From contig JBGANV010000004.1 in assembly GCA_044222185.1 (NCBI GenBank), positions 352,001 through 416,000 of the forward strand: a DNA stretch of 64,000 nt. Reading direction: 5' to 3'. The notes beneath the pieces are model-generated. The model saw only the letters and a program-made list of their open reading frames with translations. It had not been told where the DNA came from and did not search any database. Shown one piece after another: positions 41,712 to 50,856 of the stretch; the stretch's first letter is position 1, and every line of letters starts with the position of its first letter. A program made the translations under genes and the position numbers. The stretch is from Planctomycetota bacterium (GTDB lineage: Bacteria; Planctomycetota; GCA-002687715; CAIWVZ01).

Positions 41712-44700
41712 TCAGAAGTTCCACAGGAGCCGCTGCAGGAGCGCATTGGGCGGCGGCGACGTGCCCGTGTCGTGCCGCGCATCGGCATTCTGGGGCTCGG
41801 TCAGGCGCTTCATGGCTCGCGGATCCGGGTCGAACACCTGCGGCTGCAGAGCCGCAGGGACGAGCGGCAACAGCCCCATGAGGTTCAGCGGGTCCCAACT
41901 GTGGACGCCATCGGCGGTCGGGTCGTGGGGTTGGTTTCCCGCCGCCAGGATGTGCCAGATCTCGTGCGAGAGGATGTGAGGATTGAGCCCGGGCGAGAAG
42001 TTGGGCGCGCCCGTGGGGACCATGGGCACTTCGAGCCCCATCGCGATCCTCCCGATGAACGCGGTGTTGCGGAACGCGATCGGGTCCGACGGCCCTTCGG
42101 GCCAGTGAGAGATCCCAAGAATCGACCCGGACTGGAGGGTGCTGCCGGCTTCGGGGTTGTCGAGCAGGAAGACGTCGATCGCCGTCGTGTCGGTCCCCGC
42201 ATAGTTCAACGCGAGCGCATACGCATCGTCTCCGGTCGCCACATCCGGCGGAGAATTCAATCCTGTCACGTGCAGGCCGATGATCTGGTCCTCCTCCGGG
42301 TCCTCGTTGTCGAAGTACTCGTAGTCGCTCACGTAGAACCTCGTCGTGATGTTCGCCGGGAAGGGGCTCTCTCGCCGGTTGACGACGACGAAGTAGTGCA
42401 GCGACATCGAGTAGGGGATGGGGACGACCTCCGTCGTGAGAGGCCCTTGCGCCGTGGGAGTCGCCTGAATTGCCGCGGCGATGTTCGCGGCGACCGTCGC
42501 CATCGATTGGTCCTTCGCAAACGGCACGGTGTAGTTCGTCCCGTTGATCGCGCCCACGATGGTTCCACCGCGCAGCATGTGATCCGCGGGACCCTGCTCG
42601 ATGAGGATCACGTTGTTCACTGGCACGAGGTTCGTCGTCGATGCGGCAACGGCCCGGATCCCGCATTGGGCGAGGTCGTCGTTCACCCAATCCACGGCCT
42701 GTGCGTAGTTCCACGACTGACCGGGCAGGCCGAACAGGCGGAGGCGGACCGTGCGAAGCGCATTGTCCTGGGGCTCGGACGGGGGGCGGAACACAGGCAG
42801 GCTGCGCTCCATGAACGTGATGCCACCCAACGCGAGCCTCGCCCGAATGGTGTCGTTCGATAGGACACCGGGCGGGTGCGACGCAAGGTCGTTGTCCAGG
42901 CGGGCGAGCCGCGTGCTCTGGCCACACTGGACGTCGTCGGCGGAGTTGGAGACGAGGCGGATCGTTCCGGTGCGCGATGCGGGAACCCCGTTCAGCGTGC
43001 CCGTCGTCAGGGGATGAACCTCGCTGCTTCGGATCGTCTCCGTCGCCGGGTCGATCATCACGTCGACGCGCACCATGAAATTCAACGAAGACTCGAGCCC
43101 GACGGCCTCAACGCGGAAGTTGTCGGGGTCGCCGGTCGGAAGCGCGTCGAACGCCAGCGCGGGCGGGAACGACCCGTCGGGCGCGTCGTTCGTCAGCCGG
43201 TTCGTCACCACCTTGCTGATCTGTAGCGCTGCCGTGGCGCCGAAGAGAGCCTTGGGTTGCGACGTGTCGTCGAGAAACCGCAGGCCGACGACCGTGACCG
43301 ACACCACGTCCCGGCACATGAGTCGAAGGGTCGTCGCGTTGCTCAGGACCTCCACGTGAATGAGCGTCTGCCCCGGATTGATGCCCTCGATGAAGTAGTT
43401 GACCGTTCCCGCAGTCGTGAACGGGAGGAACGCGCCGTTCGTGATCTCGCCCGTCTTGTTGGGTGCCGTGAAGATCCGGACGCCGTTGGTCGGGAACCAC
43501 GAGATGCGGAACTTCGCCTGGGTCGAGGGCGGTGCGAACGGGACGATCAACTGCATCGGGCGCAGGTCGTCGTCCACGAAGCCGCCAGCGTCCGCGAGGT
43601 CCGACACGCCGTTACCGTCGTCGTCATCGTCGTCGACGGGAACCAACGCACCAGGTCGACATTCCTCGGAGGCTTCGTCGGCGGTCGTGAGGGCTCCGTC
43701 GTCGTTCGTGTCGACGCGAAGGTTGGCTGCCGGATACACGGCGATCGTCAACGGCGTCGCGCTGGCGGCGGGGTCGTCGTAGTTGGCCCACGAGCCCGTG
43801 CTGCCATACCAGGGCGGCATGCCGTCGTCGCCGATCATGTTCAGCCGGATCGACGTCGCCGCCTGGATCGGGGGAGTCCACCAGACAGGTTGCTGCGCGT
43901 TCGACGTTCCCGAGCCGGACGTGAAGCTGCTGCCCGGCTCGCTCACGAAGTACCCCGGACCCGACACGGCAGACCACGAGTAGGTGACCGAGTCGCGGCA
44001 GTCGTACTCGATGAAGCTGTTGACCTGACATTGCCAGCGCTTGCGATCGTAGTCGGTGACCGTGGCCCAGACGGGCGTGGGTGTTTCGGCACAGAGGAAC
44101 CCGTCCGGCGGGCCCGACGTGCTCGACGTCAGCACGTATGGCGGCGTCACGTTCTGGGGAAGAGGCGACGAGAGCGTGCAGTTGCAGGATGCCCCCGTCT
44201 GCCCGATCACCGAGCCGGGCGGTGTCGCCTGGCAGTATCCCGGCGGCGGGTCGATCCGCACGTGATACATGCCATTCGCGGTCCGCGTCACCGTCACGAT
44301 CAGTTCGGGGAAGTGGCCATCGCACGCCAGCCGATCGACGCGAGGATCGTCGAACCCCGGCGGGACCGACACGCCCGTGGCCTGCGTGAAGAACGCATCA
44401 TCGATGTTCATGGAGATCGTGAACGTCGTGCTGGTGTTCACGGCGAGTTTCCACGGAGGGTAGAAGACGACGGTGTCGCCTTGGGACGTGCGCACCTCGC
44501 GGCACTGGCGATCGACGAGCGTCGACCCGGTTCCTGACACGTCGTTCAGGATCCAGCTCACGTGCGTCGAGTCCCGATGAGGCGCCACGGTGAGGGGCGT
44601 GATGAGGTCGGCCTGCATGCCCCAGAACGTCGCCTCGTCCAGATCGTGTGGGAACACGCGGATGACGATGGGCTCGGGGAAGCACAGCGTCTTGTCGTAA

Positions 44701-44864
44701 ACACCGCTCTGGTCGTTGAACTGGATCTGGGGTTGGATGGCGACCCGCGGGATCCACTCGAGCAGCATGTTCGGCGTGCACGTTTGCGCGGCGCCGAGCC
44801 CTCCGGTGACGACGAGGGACACGATGAGACGGACCGTCCATTGCGCGTGGGACCTGGCTTGCAT
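41712..44864 (-). CDS. Large secreted protein with Asp-rich putative Ca-binding domain and C-terminal zincin metallopeptidase motif
   Basis: Signal peptide; VDTNDDG...DDDDDDGNGVSD; HEIWHIL...H....NLM. Confidence 0.75.
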   Translation of the reverse strand: MQARSHAQWTVRLIVSLVVTGGLGAAQTCTPNMLLEWIPRVAIQPQIQFNDQSGVYDKTLCFPEPIVIRVFPHDLDEATFWGMQADLITPLTVAPHRDSTHVSWILNDVSGTGSTLVDRQCREVRTSQGDTVVFYPPWKLAVNTSTTFTISMNIDDAFFTQATGVSVPPGFDDPRVDRLACDGHFPELIVTVTRTANGMYHVRIDPPPGYCQATPPGSVIGQTGASCNCTLSSPLPQNVTPPYVLTSSTSGPPDGFLCAETPTPVWATVTDYDRKRWQCQVNSFIEYDCRDSVTYSWSAVSGPGYFVSEPGSSFTSGSGTSNAQQPVWWTPPIQAATSIRLNMIGDDGMPPWYGSTGSWANYDDPAASATPLTIAVYPAANLRVDTNDDGALTTADEASEECRPGALVPVDDDDDDGNGVSDLADAGGFVDDDLRPMQLIVPFAPPSTQAKFRISWFPTNGVRIFTAPNKTGEITNGAFLPFTTAGTVNYFIEGINPGQTLIHVEVLSNATTLRLMCRDVVSVTVVGLRFLDDTSQPKALFGATAALQISKVVTNRLTNDAPDGSFPPALAFDALPTGDPDNFRVEAVGLESSLNFMVRVDVMIDPATETIRSSEVHPLTTGTLNGVPASRTGTIRLVSNSADDVQCGQSTRLARLDNDLASHPPGVLSNDTIRARLALGGITFMERSLPVFRPPSEPQDNALRTVRLRLFGLPGQSWNYAQAVDWVNDDLAQCGIRAVAASTTNLVPVNNVILIEQGPADHMLRGGTIVGAINGTNYTVPFAKDQSMATVAANIAAAIQATPTAQGPLTTEVVPIPYSMSLHYFVVVNRRESPFPANITTRFYVSDYEYFDNEDPEEDQIIGLHVTGLNSPPDVATGDDAYALALNYAGTDTTAIDVFLLDNPEAGSTLQSGSILGISHWPEGPSDPIAFRNTAFIGRIAMGLEVPMVPTGAPNFSPGLNPHILSHEIWHILAAGNQPHDPTADGVHSWDPLNLMGLLPLVPAALQPQVFDPDPRAMKRLTEPQNADARHDTGTSPPPNALLQRLLWNF

Positions 44865-45076
44865 GTCTGGTGCTCCGGGCAAGCGACCCACGCGGTGGGC
44901 CGTGCCCACCAGGCTACTTGGCGTTCGGCTGCCCGAACCGACACCGAAAACGGATTTTCGGCGGGCCGATCCCACGGCTCGGCGCGACCGGTGTCATCGC
45001 GCGGTGTGCTCCCGACGCCTCACGCCCAGGTCGCGGCCTGGCGCTCGAGGCATCCGAACGCGTGCCCGGGCCTCGC

Positions 45077-46714
45077 TCACCCGCGCGGCGCGACCCTCAC
45101 GAGCCAGCTCACCCGCTCCTCGAGCAGATGCTTGGCGTCTTTGTAGACGTAGCCCGTGCCATCCACGACGACGGCCGTGATCCGATAGCGGCCTGGCTTC
45201 AGCCGGCCGATCGGGAACACGCACTGCGCGGCCTTCCCGGCGTCGCCCTTCTTCGTCATGCCGGTCGTGTCGATGTTCCCGCCGGGTGGGATGTCGTAGG
45301 TGATGCGGTTTTCGCGCTCGCGCTTGGCGTTGCGGCCCCAGCGACCCGTGAGGGCTTCCTGCATGCGGTTGCGGAATTCGTCGGACTTCGCTTCGCCAGT
45401 GCGGCCGCTCCCGGCGGCGACCGGGCCCGGCGCGTCGGTTTGCACCGGCTCCACGTACCAGGTCGTCTTCAGCTCGTGCTTCTTGGGCTTCATGGGCGTG
45501 ACCGAGAGGTACGCCTTGTCGTCGCCTTCCTTCACGTTCACCTCGTTCGTCGCCGGCGGATCGAACGAGTCAATGGGATTCACGTACGAGTAGATCTTCA
45601 GGATCGCGGCTTCGCGACAGACCGGGCAATACCCCGTGTGTCCCGCCGAGTTCATGGCGCAGCTACGTGATGGACGCCATACGCCCTTGAAGTAGGTCGC
45701 GCCGCCTTCGAAGACGCCGACGCCGGCGACCTTCTTCTCCAGGATGTGCGCCCACGGCACGAGCTTCGGATCCGGCGTCATGGAGGCGTTCGGCGCCTCG
45801 ATCTTGTACTGGGGCGTCGTCGGGTTGTTCGTGTACTCGTCGAGCAGGCCGACGAAGGAGTGTCCGAACTCGTGGACCGTCACCGATTTGTCCGGGCGCC
45901 CCACGTTGGCGATGCCGCCACCTCCCATGCCGAGCTGACCGAAGCGGGCGAATGCGATGATGAGCCCATCGTCCTGGCAACCCGCATCTTCCTTCGCCGC
46001 GATCTTCAACCACTTGTAGACCAGCCGCCGATCCGCGAGGACCTGTCCCTGCGGACCCGCGGCCTTGCAGTCGAGGGCGGTGGAGAAGTCCGTCTTCTTC
46101 TTGCGCGTGCGCGACTTGTTGCGCTCCTCGATCTTCGCTTTCTCCTCTGGCGAAAGCTGCGGATCCACTCCTTCTTCCAGCGAGGCGAGGCGCACGAAGT
46201 AGAAGTTGAAGTAGTCGCGGTACTCGTCGAAGGCGTATTCGTTGCAGAGGACTTCGAGACACAGCTTCGCCCACTTCAGCTCGAGGTTCTGATCCTCCGT
46301 ATCGATCGTGAACCCATCGCCCATGACCGCCACGTCGATGCGACGTTCCTTGGGTCCGCTGCGGTGGAAGACTTCGAGTCCCAGGTAGGCGTTGTCGTCG
46401 GAATGCTCCTCGATGGACTTCTTGTGGACCGAGTTCGGGAACTTGTCGAGGACTGAGCGCAGCGCCTTCTGCGCCGCACTCCACTTGCCCTTCCTCTGCA
46501 GTTCGAGGGCGGCCTTGAAGTCGGGGGTCGAGGCGTCGATGAGAGGTGCGGGAGGCTCCGGCGGCGCGGCGGGTTCGATCACCGGTTCGTCGCCGAGGAG
46601 TCCGCCCGGATCGAACGGCGGATCTCCCGAGCCTCCGCCGACAGGCTCCTGCGCCTGCACGAGCGGGAGGGCGAGCGCCAACGTGAGCAGAACGAACCAA
46701 CGCTGTGGGGACAT
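45077..46714 (-). CDS. Secreted M64-family (IgA peptidase-like) metallopeptidase
   Basis: RIDVAVMGDGF, HEFGHSFVGLLDEY, FEGG...GVWRP..CAM....YCPVC. Confidence 0.88.
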   Translation of the reverse strand: MSPQRWFVLLTLALALPLVQAQEPVGGGSGDPPFDPGGLLGDEPVIEPAAPPEPPAPLIDASTPDFKAALELQRKGKWSAAQKALRSVLDKFPNSVHKKSIEEHSDDNAYLGLEVFHRSGPKERRIDVAVMGDGFTIDTEDQNLELKWAKLCLEVLCNEYAFDEYRDYFNFYFVRLASLEEGVDPQLSPEEKAKIEERNKSRTRKKKTDFSTALDCKAAGPQGQVLADRRLVYKWLKIAAKEDAGCQDDGLIIAFARFGQLGMGGGGIANVGRPDKSVTVHEFGHSFVGLLDEYTNNPTTPQYKIEAPNASMTPDPKLVPWAHILEKKVAGVGVFEGGATYFKGVWRPSRSCAMNSAGHTGYCPVCREAAILKIYSYVNPIDSFDPPATNEVNVKEGDDKAYLSVTPMKPKKHELKTTWYVEPVQTDAPGPVAAGSGRTGEAKSDEFRNRMQEALTGRWGRNAKRERENRITYDIPPGGNIDTTGMTKKGDAGKAAQCVFPIGRLKPGRYRITAVVVDGTGYVYKDAKHLLEERVSWLVRVAPRG

Positions 46715-47058
46715 CGGGTACGTCTCACGCCCCGTTCCAAGGGCGTCGGAAGTGGGAGAGCTTAGTACGGCGGGGGGAGTGCTGAAAGGTCAGAGGTGTG
46801 CCTGAGCCTCGATTGGGCCGGTGGGCGTGGGCGCGAGGCGGCTGAACGGCCGGCTCGCCCCGGCTCTCATGCCGCTCCCGGCCCCCACGAGGCCTCCCTC
46901 GCGGCACCACGCCTCGCCGGTGGCACGCGTTCGCACGGGGCACCCGATCGGCGGCGCGGGCCGGCGCGGCGACCTCACCGGCCGACCCGGGGCTCGGCGG
47001 ATACGCGCAGGACTTGGTCCCGCGTATCGTTCCCGCATCAACTGGAGGAGTCGGTCCG

Positions 47059-48861
47059 ATGAAGTCTCTCGCCGTCGTTTCCATCGTGGTCGTCATGGGT
47101 TGCCTCGGGTGGTCGTGCGCGGGTCCGGGGAACGCGGAGAAGGCCCACCCAGACGCGCAGGCGTTCATCACGGCTTACGAGAAGGCGTTCTACAAGCTGC
47201 AATATGACGCAGCCCTCGCGGAGTGGACGTCGAACACGCACATCGTCGAAGGCGACGAGGGCAACGCGAAGCGCACGGAGGCGGCCAACGAAGCGCTGGC
47301 GGCATTCACGGGCAGCGTGGAGAACATCGAGCAGGCGCGAAAGTTCCTCGCGATGAAGGGTTCGCTGACCGAGACCCAGACGCGCCAGCTCGAAGCGATC
47401 CTCTATCGCGCGGCCGACAAGCCGCAGACGGCGCCGGATCTCGTCAAGCAACGCATCGCCGCGGAGACGGCCCAGACGGAGAAGCTCTACGGGTTCAAAT
47501 ACATGCTCGGGGGTCGCGAGGTCACGACGAACGATCTGGACGACGCGCTCAAGAACGAGAAGGACCTGACGAAGCGCCTCGCCGCGTGGGAGGCGTCGAA
47601 GACGGTCGGACCCGCGGTGAAGGACGGGCTCGTCAACCTGCAGCGCTTGCGGAATGCGACCGTGCGCGCGCTCGGCTACCCCGACTACTTCAGCTACCAG
47701 GTCTCCGAGTACGGAATGACCAACGACGAGATGATGACGCTGCTCGAGAAGATCAACGACGAGCTGCGGCCTCTCTATCGCGAGCTTCACACCTACTTCC
47801 GCCACGAGCTGGCGAAGAAGTTCGGGCAGCCGGTCCCCGACCTGATCCCCGCGCACTGGCTTCCGAACCGCTGGGGCCAGGACTGGAACGCCTTCGTCAA
47901 CGTCGAGGGCCTGGACCTCGAAGGCGCCCTCAAGGACAAGACGCCCGAGTGGCTCGTCAAGCAAGCCGAGAGCTTCTACGTGAGCCTGGGCTTCGAGCCT
48001 CTGCCCGCGTCGTTCTGGGAGAAGTCGTCGCTCTATCCGGCGCCGCCGAACGCCGGCTGGAAGAAGAACAACCACGCGAGCGCGTGGCACCTGGACCTGG
48101 AGCGCGACGTCCGCTCGCTCATGAGCGTCGAGAGCAACGCCGAGTGGTACGAGACGACGCATCACGAACTCGGTCACATCTACTACTACCTCACGTACAC
48201 GAACCCGGACGTCCCGCTGCTCCTCCGACAGGGCGCGAACCGCGCGTATCACGAGGCCATCGGATCCATGATGGGACTGGCGGCCATGCAACCGCGCTTC
48301 GTCTCGGGGATCGGCCTGAAGATCGGCGACAAGAAACCCGACCCGATCCAGACGCTGCTGAAGGAAGCCCTCAACTTCGTGATCTTCATCCCGTGGTCCA
48401 CGGGGACGATGACCCGGTTCGAGCACGACCTCTACGCCGAGGAGCTGCCGCCGAACCAGTGGAACGCCCGGTGGTGGGAGCTGGTCGCGAAGTACCAGGG
48501 CGTGGCACCGCCCTCGTCCCGCGGCGAGGAGTGGTGTGACGCGGCGACGAAGACGCACATCAACGACGATCCCGCGCAGTACTACGACTACGCGCTCTCG
48601 TTCGTGCTCCTGTTCCAGGTGCACGACCACATCGCGCGCGAAATCCTCCACCAGGATCCGCGCGACACGAACTACTTCGGGCGCAAGGAGGTGGGGGACT
48701 TCCTCAAGGGAATCCTCCGTCCTGGCGCCAACACGGACTGGCGCAAGCTGCTCCGTGACGCGACTGGCGAGGACCTCTCGGCCCGAGCGATGATCGACTA
48801 CTTCAAGCCGCTCCTCGAGTGGCTGAAGACCCAGAACGCCGGGCGAAAAGCGACGATTTGA
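47059..48861 (+). CDS. M2-family peptidyl-dipeptidase (ACE-like), probably lipoprotein
   Basis: IPAHWL.N.WGQDW, HASAW, HHELGHIYYY, GAN.AYHEAIG; RBS GGAGGAG. Confidence 0.93.
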   Translation: MKSLAVVSIVVVMGCLGWSCAGPGNAEKAHPDAQAFITAYEKAFYKLQYDAALAEWTSNTHIVEGDEGNAKRTEAANEALAAFTGSVENIEQARKFLAMKGSLTETQTRQLEAILYRAADKPQTAPDLVKQRIAAETAQTEKLYGFKYMLGGREVTTNDLDDALKNEKDLTKRLAAWEASKTVGPAVKDGLVNLQRLRNATVRALGYPDYFSYQVSEYGMTNDEMMTLLEKINDELRPLYRELHTYFRHELAKKFGQPVPDLIPAHWLPNRWGQDWNAFVNVEGLDLEGALKDKTPEWLVKQAESFYVSLGFEPLPASFWEKSSLYPAPPNAGWKKNNHASAWHLDLERDVRSLMSVESNAEWYETTHHELGHIYYYLTYTNPDVPLLLRQGANRAYHEAIGSMMGLAAMQPRFVSGIGLKIGDKKPDPIQTLLKEALNFVIFIPWSTGTMTRFEHDLYAEELPPNQWNARWWELVAKYQGVAPPSSRGEEWCDAATKTHINDDPAQYYDYALSFVLLFQVHDHIAREILHQDPRDTNYFGRKEVGDFLKGILRPGANTDWRKLLRDATGEDLSARAMIDYFKPLLEWLKTQNAGRKATI

Positions 48862-49007
48862 CCCGCCATCACGGATAGGCTCACGTCCTTTTGCGCCGAG
48901 GCGCGAGCGACGCGCGCGTCCTTCTCCGACGCGCGGCCGCAGCGCTCCTCCAGGTCCCGAGCGATGTCGGTTAGAACGACCCCGCCGATTTTGGCGGACA
49001 CTCATCC

Positions 49008-50099
49008 ATGGAACGTTCCGATCTCGACTTTCTCCTGACCGAAGACCAGGCACTGCTCGCCGAGACCGTTCGCGGATTGGCGAAGGACCAGCTCGCTCCG
49101 CACCACGAGCACATCGATCACGCAGGCGTCCATCCCGAGGCGGCCGTCGCATCCATGGCCGAGACCGGCTTGTTCGGGATCCTCGTCCCCGCGGATGCGG
49201 GCGGCGTTGGCATGGGAATGCTCGCGCACGTGCTGGCCGTCTCCGAACTCGCGGCCGGCGCGGGCGTGGCGGGCGCCATCCTCGCGGCTCACGGGATCGC
49301 GGTCGACGCTCTCGTGGCGTCAGGCAAGGCCGCCGAACAACTCGGCGATCTGTGCGGAGGCACCGCGTTCGCCTCGCTCGCCCTCCAGGAATCGGGGGGT
49401 GGCGTGACGGCCCGCGCGGAGGGATCCGGTGACCAGGCCCGACTGACCGGCGAGAAGACGCAGGTGCCGTTCCCCGGCCGCGCCCGCGTGGTCGTCGTGC
49501 TCGCGCGTGACTCCGCAGGCATTGCACGTTTGTATGCCGTCGATCCCCGATCCGCCGGCGTGCGTCATGACGCACGCGACGTGCGGTTGGGGCTGCGCGG
49601 ATTCGAGACGGCCTCGCTCGGTCTTTGCGGGGTCGCCGCGCGCGAACTCGGCGGGAGCGAACTCCTCGAACGCGTTCTCACGACGGCGCGGATCAACGTC
49701 TCCGCACTTCTCGTCGGATTGGGCCGCGGGGCGATCGGCCACGGCGTGCGCTACGGCCAGGAGCGGAAGCAATTCGAGACGCCGCTCCTGGGTCTCGTCG
49801 CCATGCAGGAGCGCCTCGCGCGCTCCGATGCCCGCGTCGCCGCCGCGTGCGCGCTCGTGCACGGTGCCGCGCGGCTCGTCGACCGTGGGGAGACCGCGAG
49901 TCTTGCGGCCATGCGCGCGCGCTACGTGGCGGGGGAGGCGGCCGTCGCGACGGCAGACGACGTGTTGCAGGTGTTTGGAGGCTATGGCTACAGCCGCGAA
50001 TACCCGGCCGAGCGCTTCTATCGTGACGCGCGCTTCTGTGGTTTCGGCGAAGCCGTCGTCGCCGAACTCGTCGGTGGAATCGCGCAGGCGATCGCATGA
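49008..50099 (+). CDS. Divergent acyl-CoA dehydrogenase-family protein
   Basis: LGLRG, Y..ERKQF, QVFGGYGYSREYPAERFYRDAR; FAD-binding loop degenerate (ALQESGG). Confidence 0.85.
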   Translation: MERSDLDFLLTEDQALLAETVRGLAKDQLAPHHEHIDHAGVHPEAAVASMAETGLFGILVPADAGGVGMGMLAHVLAVSELAAGAGVAGAILAAHGIAVDALVASGKAAEQLGDLCGGTAFASLALQESGGGVTARAEGSGDQARLTGEKTQVPFPGRARVVVVLARDSAGIARLYAVDPRSAGVRHDARDVRLGLRGFETASLGLCGVAARELGGSELLERVLTTARINVSALLVGLGRGAIGHGVRYGQERKQFETPLLGLVAMQERLARSDARVAAACALVHGAARLVDRGETASLAAMRARYVAGEAAVATADDVLQVFGGYGYSREYPAERFYRDARFCGFGEAVVAELVGGIAQAIA

Positions 50100-50665
50100 G
50101 CCCACGACGGCTCGTCGTGGGGATCTCGGGGAGCAGCTGCCCGCAGCTTGGCGTGCGGCTGCTCGAGGTCCTGCGGGATCTCGGCGGTCGGGAAATCCAC
50201 CTCGTGGTGACCGCAGGGGCGGCGCGCTGTCTGAAGCTCGAGATGCCCGAATGGCCGCTCGATCGCGTGCTTGCGCTGGCGGACGTCGTGCACGACGACC
50301 GCGATCTTGCCGCGCCGATCTCGTCCGGTTCGTTTCTGCACGACGGAATGGTGATCATTCCGGCGAGCATGAAGACCGTCGGCAATCTCGCGTACGGCAA
50401 CGCGGGGCAGCTTCTCGTTCGCGCGGCGGACGTCACTCTGAAGGAGCGCCGCACGTTGATCGTCGTCCCGCGCGAGACGCCCCTCCACCTGGGACACCTG
50501 CGAGCCTTGACCGCGCTCGCCGAAATCGGGGCCGTCATCGTCCCGCCCATGATCGCGACGTACCACCAGCCGAAGACCGTGGCCGACGTGATCGATCACT
50601 GCGTCGGCAAGGTGCTCGACCTCTTGCGTATCGAGCATTCGCTCTTCACGCGCTGGGGATCCTGA
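50096..50665 (+). CDS. ubiX: Flavin prenyltransferase
   Basis: VVGISGSS, A.ISSGSF, P.SMKT, RAADVTLKERR, PRETP, Y.QP.T. Confidence 0.92.
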   Translation: MSPRRLVVGISGSSCPQLGVRLLEVLRDLGGREIHLVVTAGAARCLKLEMPEWPLDRVLALADVVHDDRDLAAPISSGSFLHDGMVIIPASMKTVGNLAYGNAGQLLVRAADVTLKERRTLIVVPRETPLHLGHLRALTALAEIGAVIVPPMIATYHQPKTVADVIDHCVGKVLDLLRIEHSLFTRWGS

Positions 50666-50856
50666 GAGCCTGACGCCGAGCGCATTTGCGATCGGCGCCA
50701 TCTGGGTCCGAGTGCTCGCCCCGGAGTCGATCGTCGCTTCGTTGCTTGACACCGCGTTCCTTTGGAGGTGAGACTGCGCCCGGCGACACTCCCCGGTCGC
50801 GTCGAAAGGTCTGCTTTCGGCTGGTGTGAGAGGTCTGCACTGACTGGGGATCCGCG

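Noticed and set aside
50746-50775. Sigma70 promoter (TTGACA) upstream of 50857
   Set aside because: No convincing -10 element at proper spacing.
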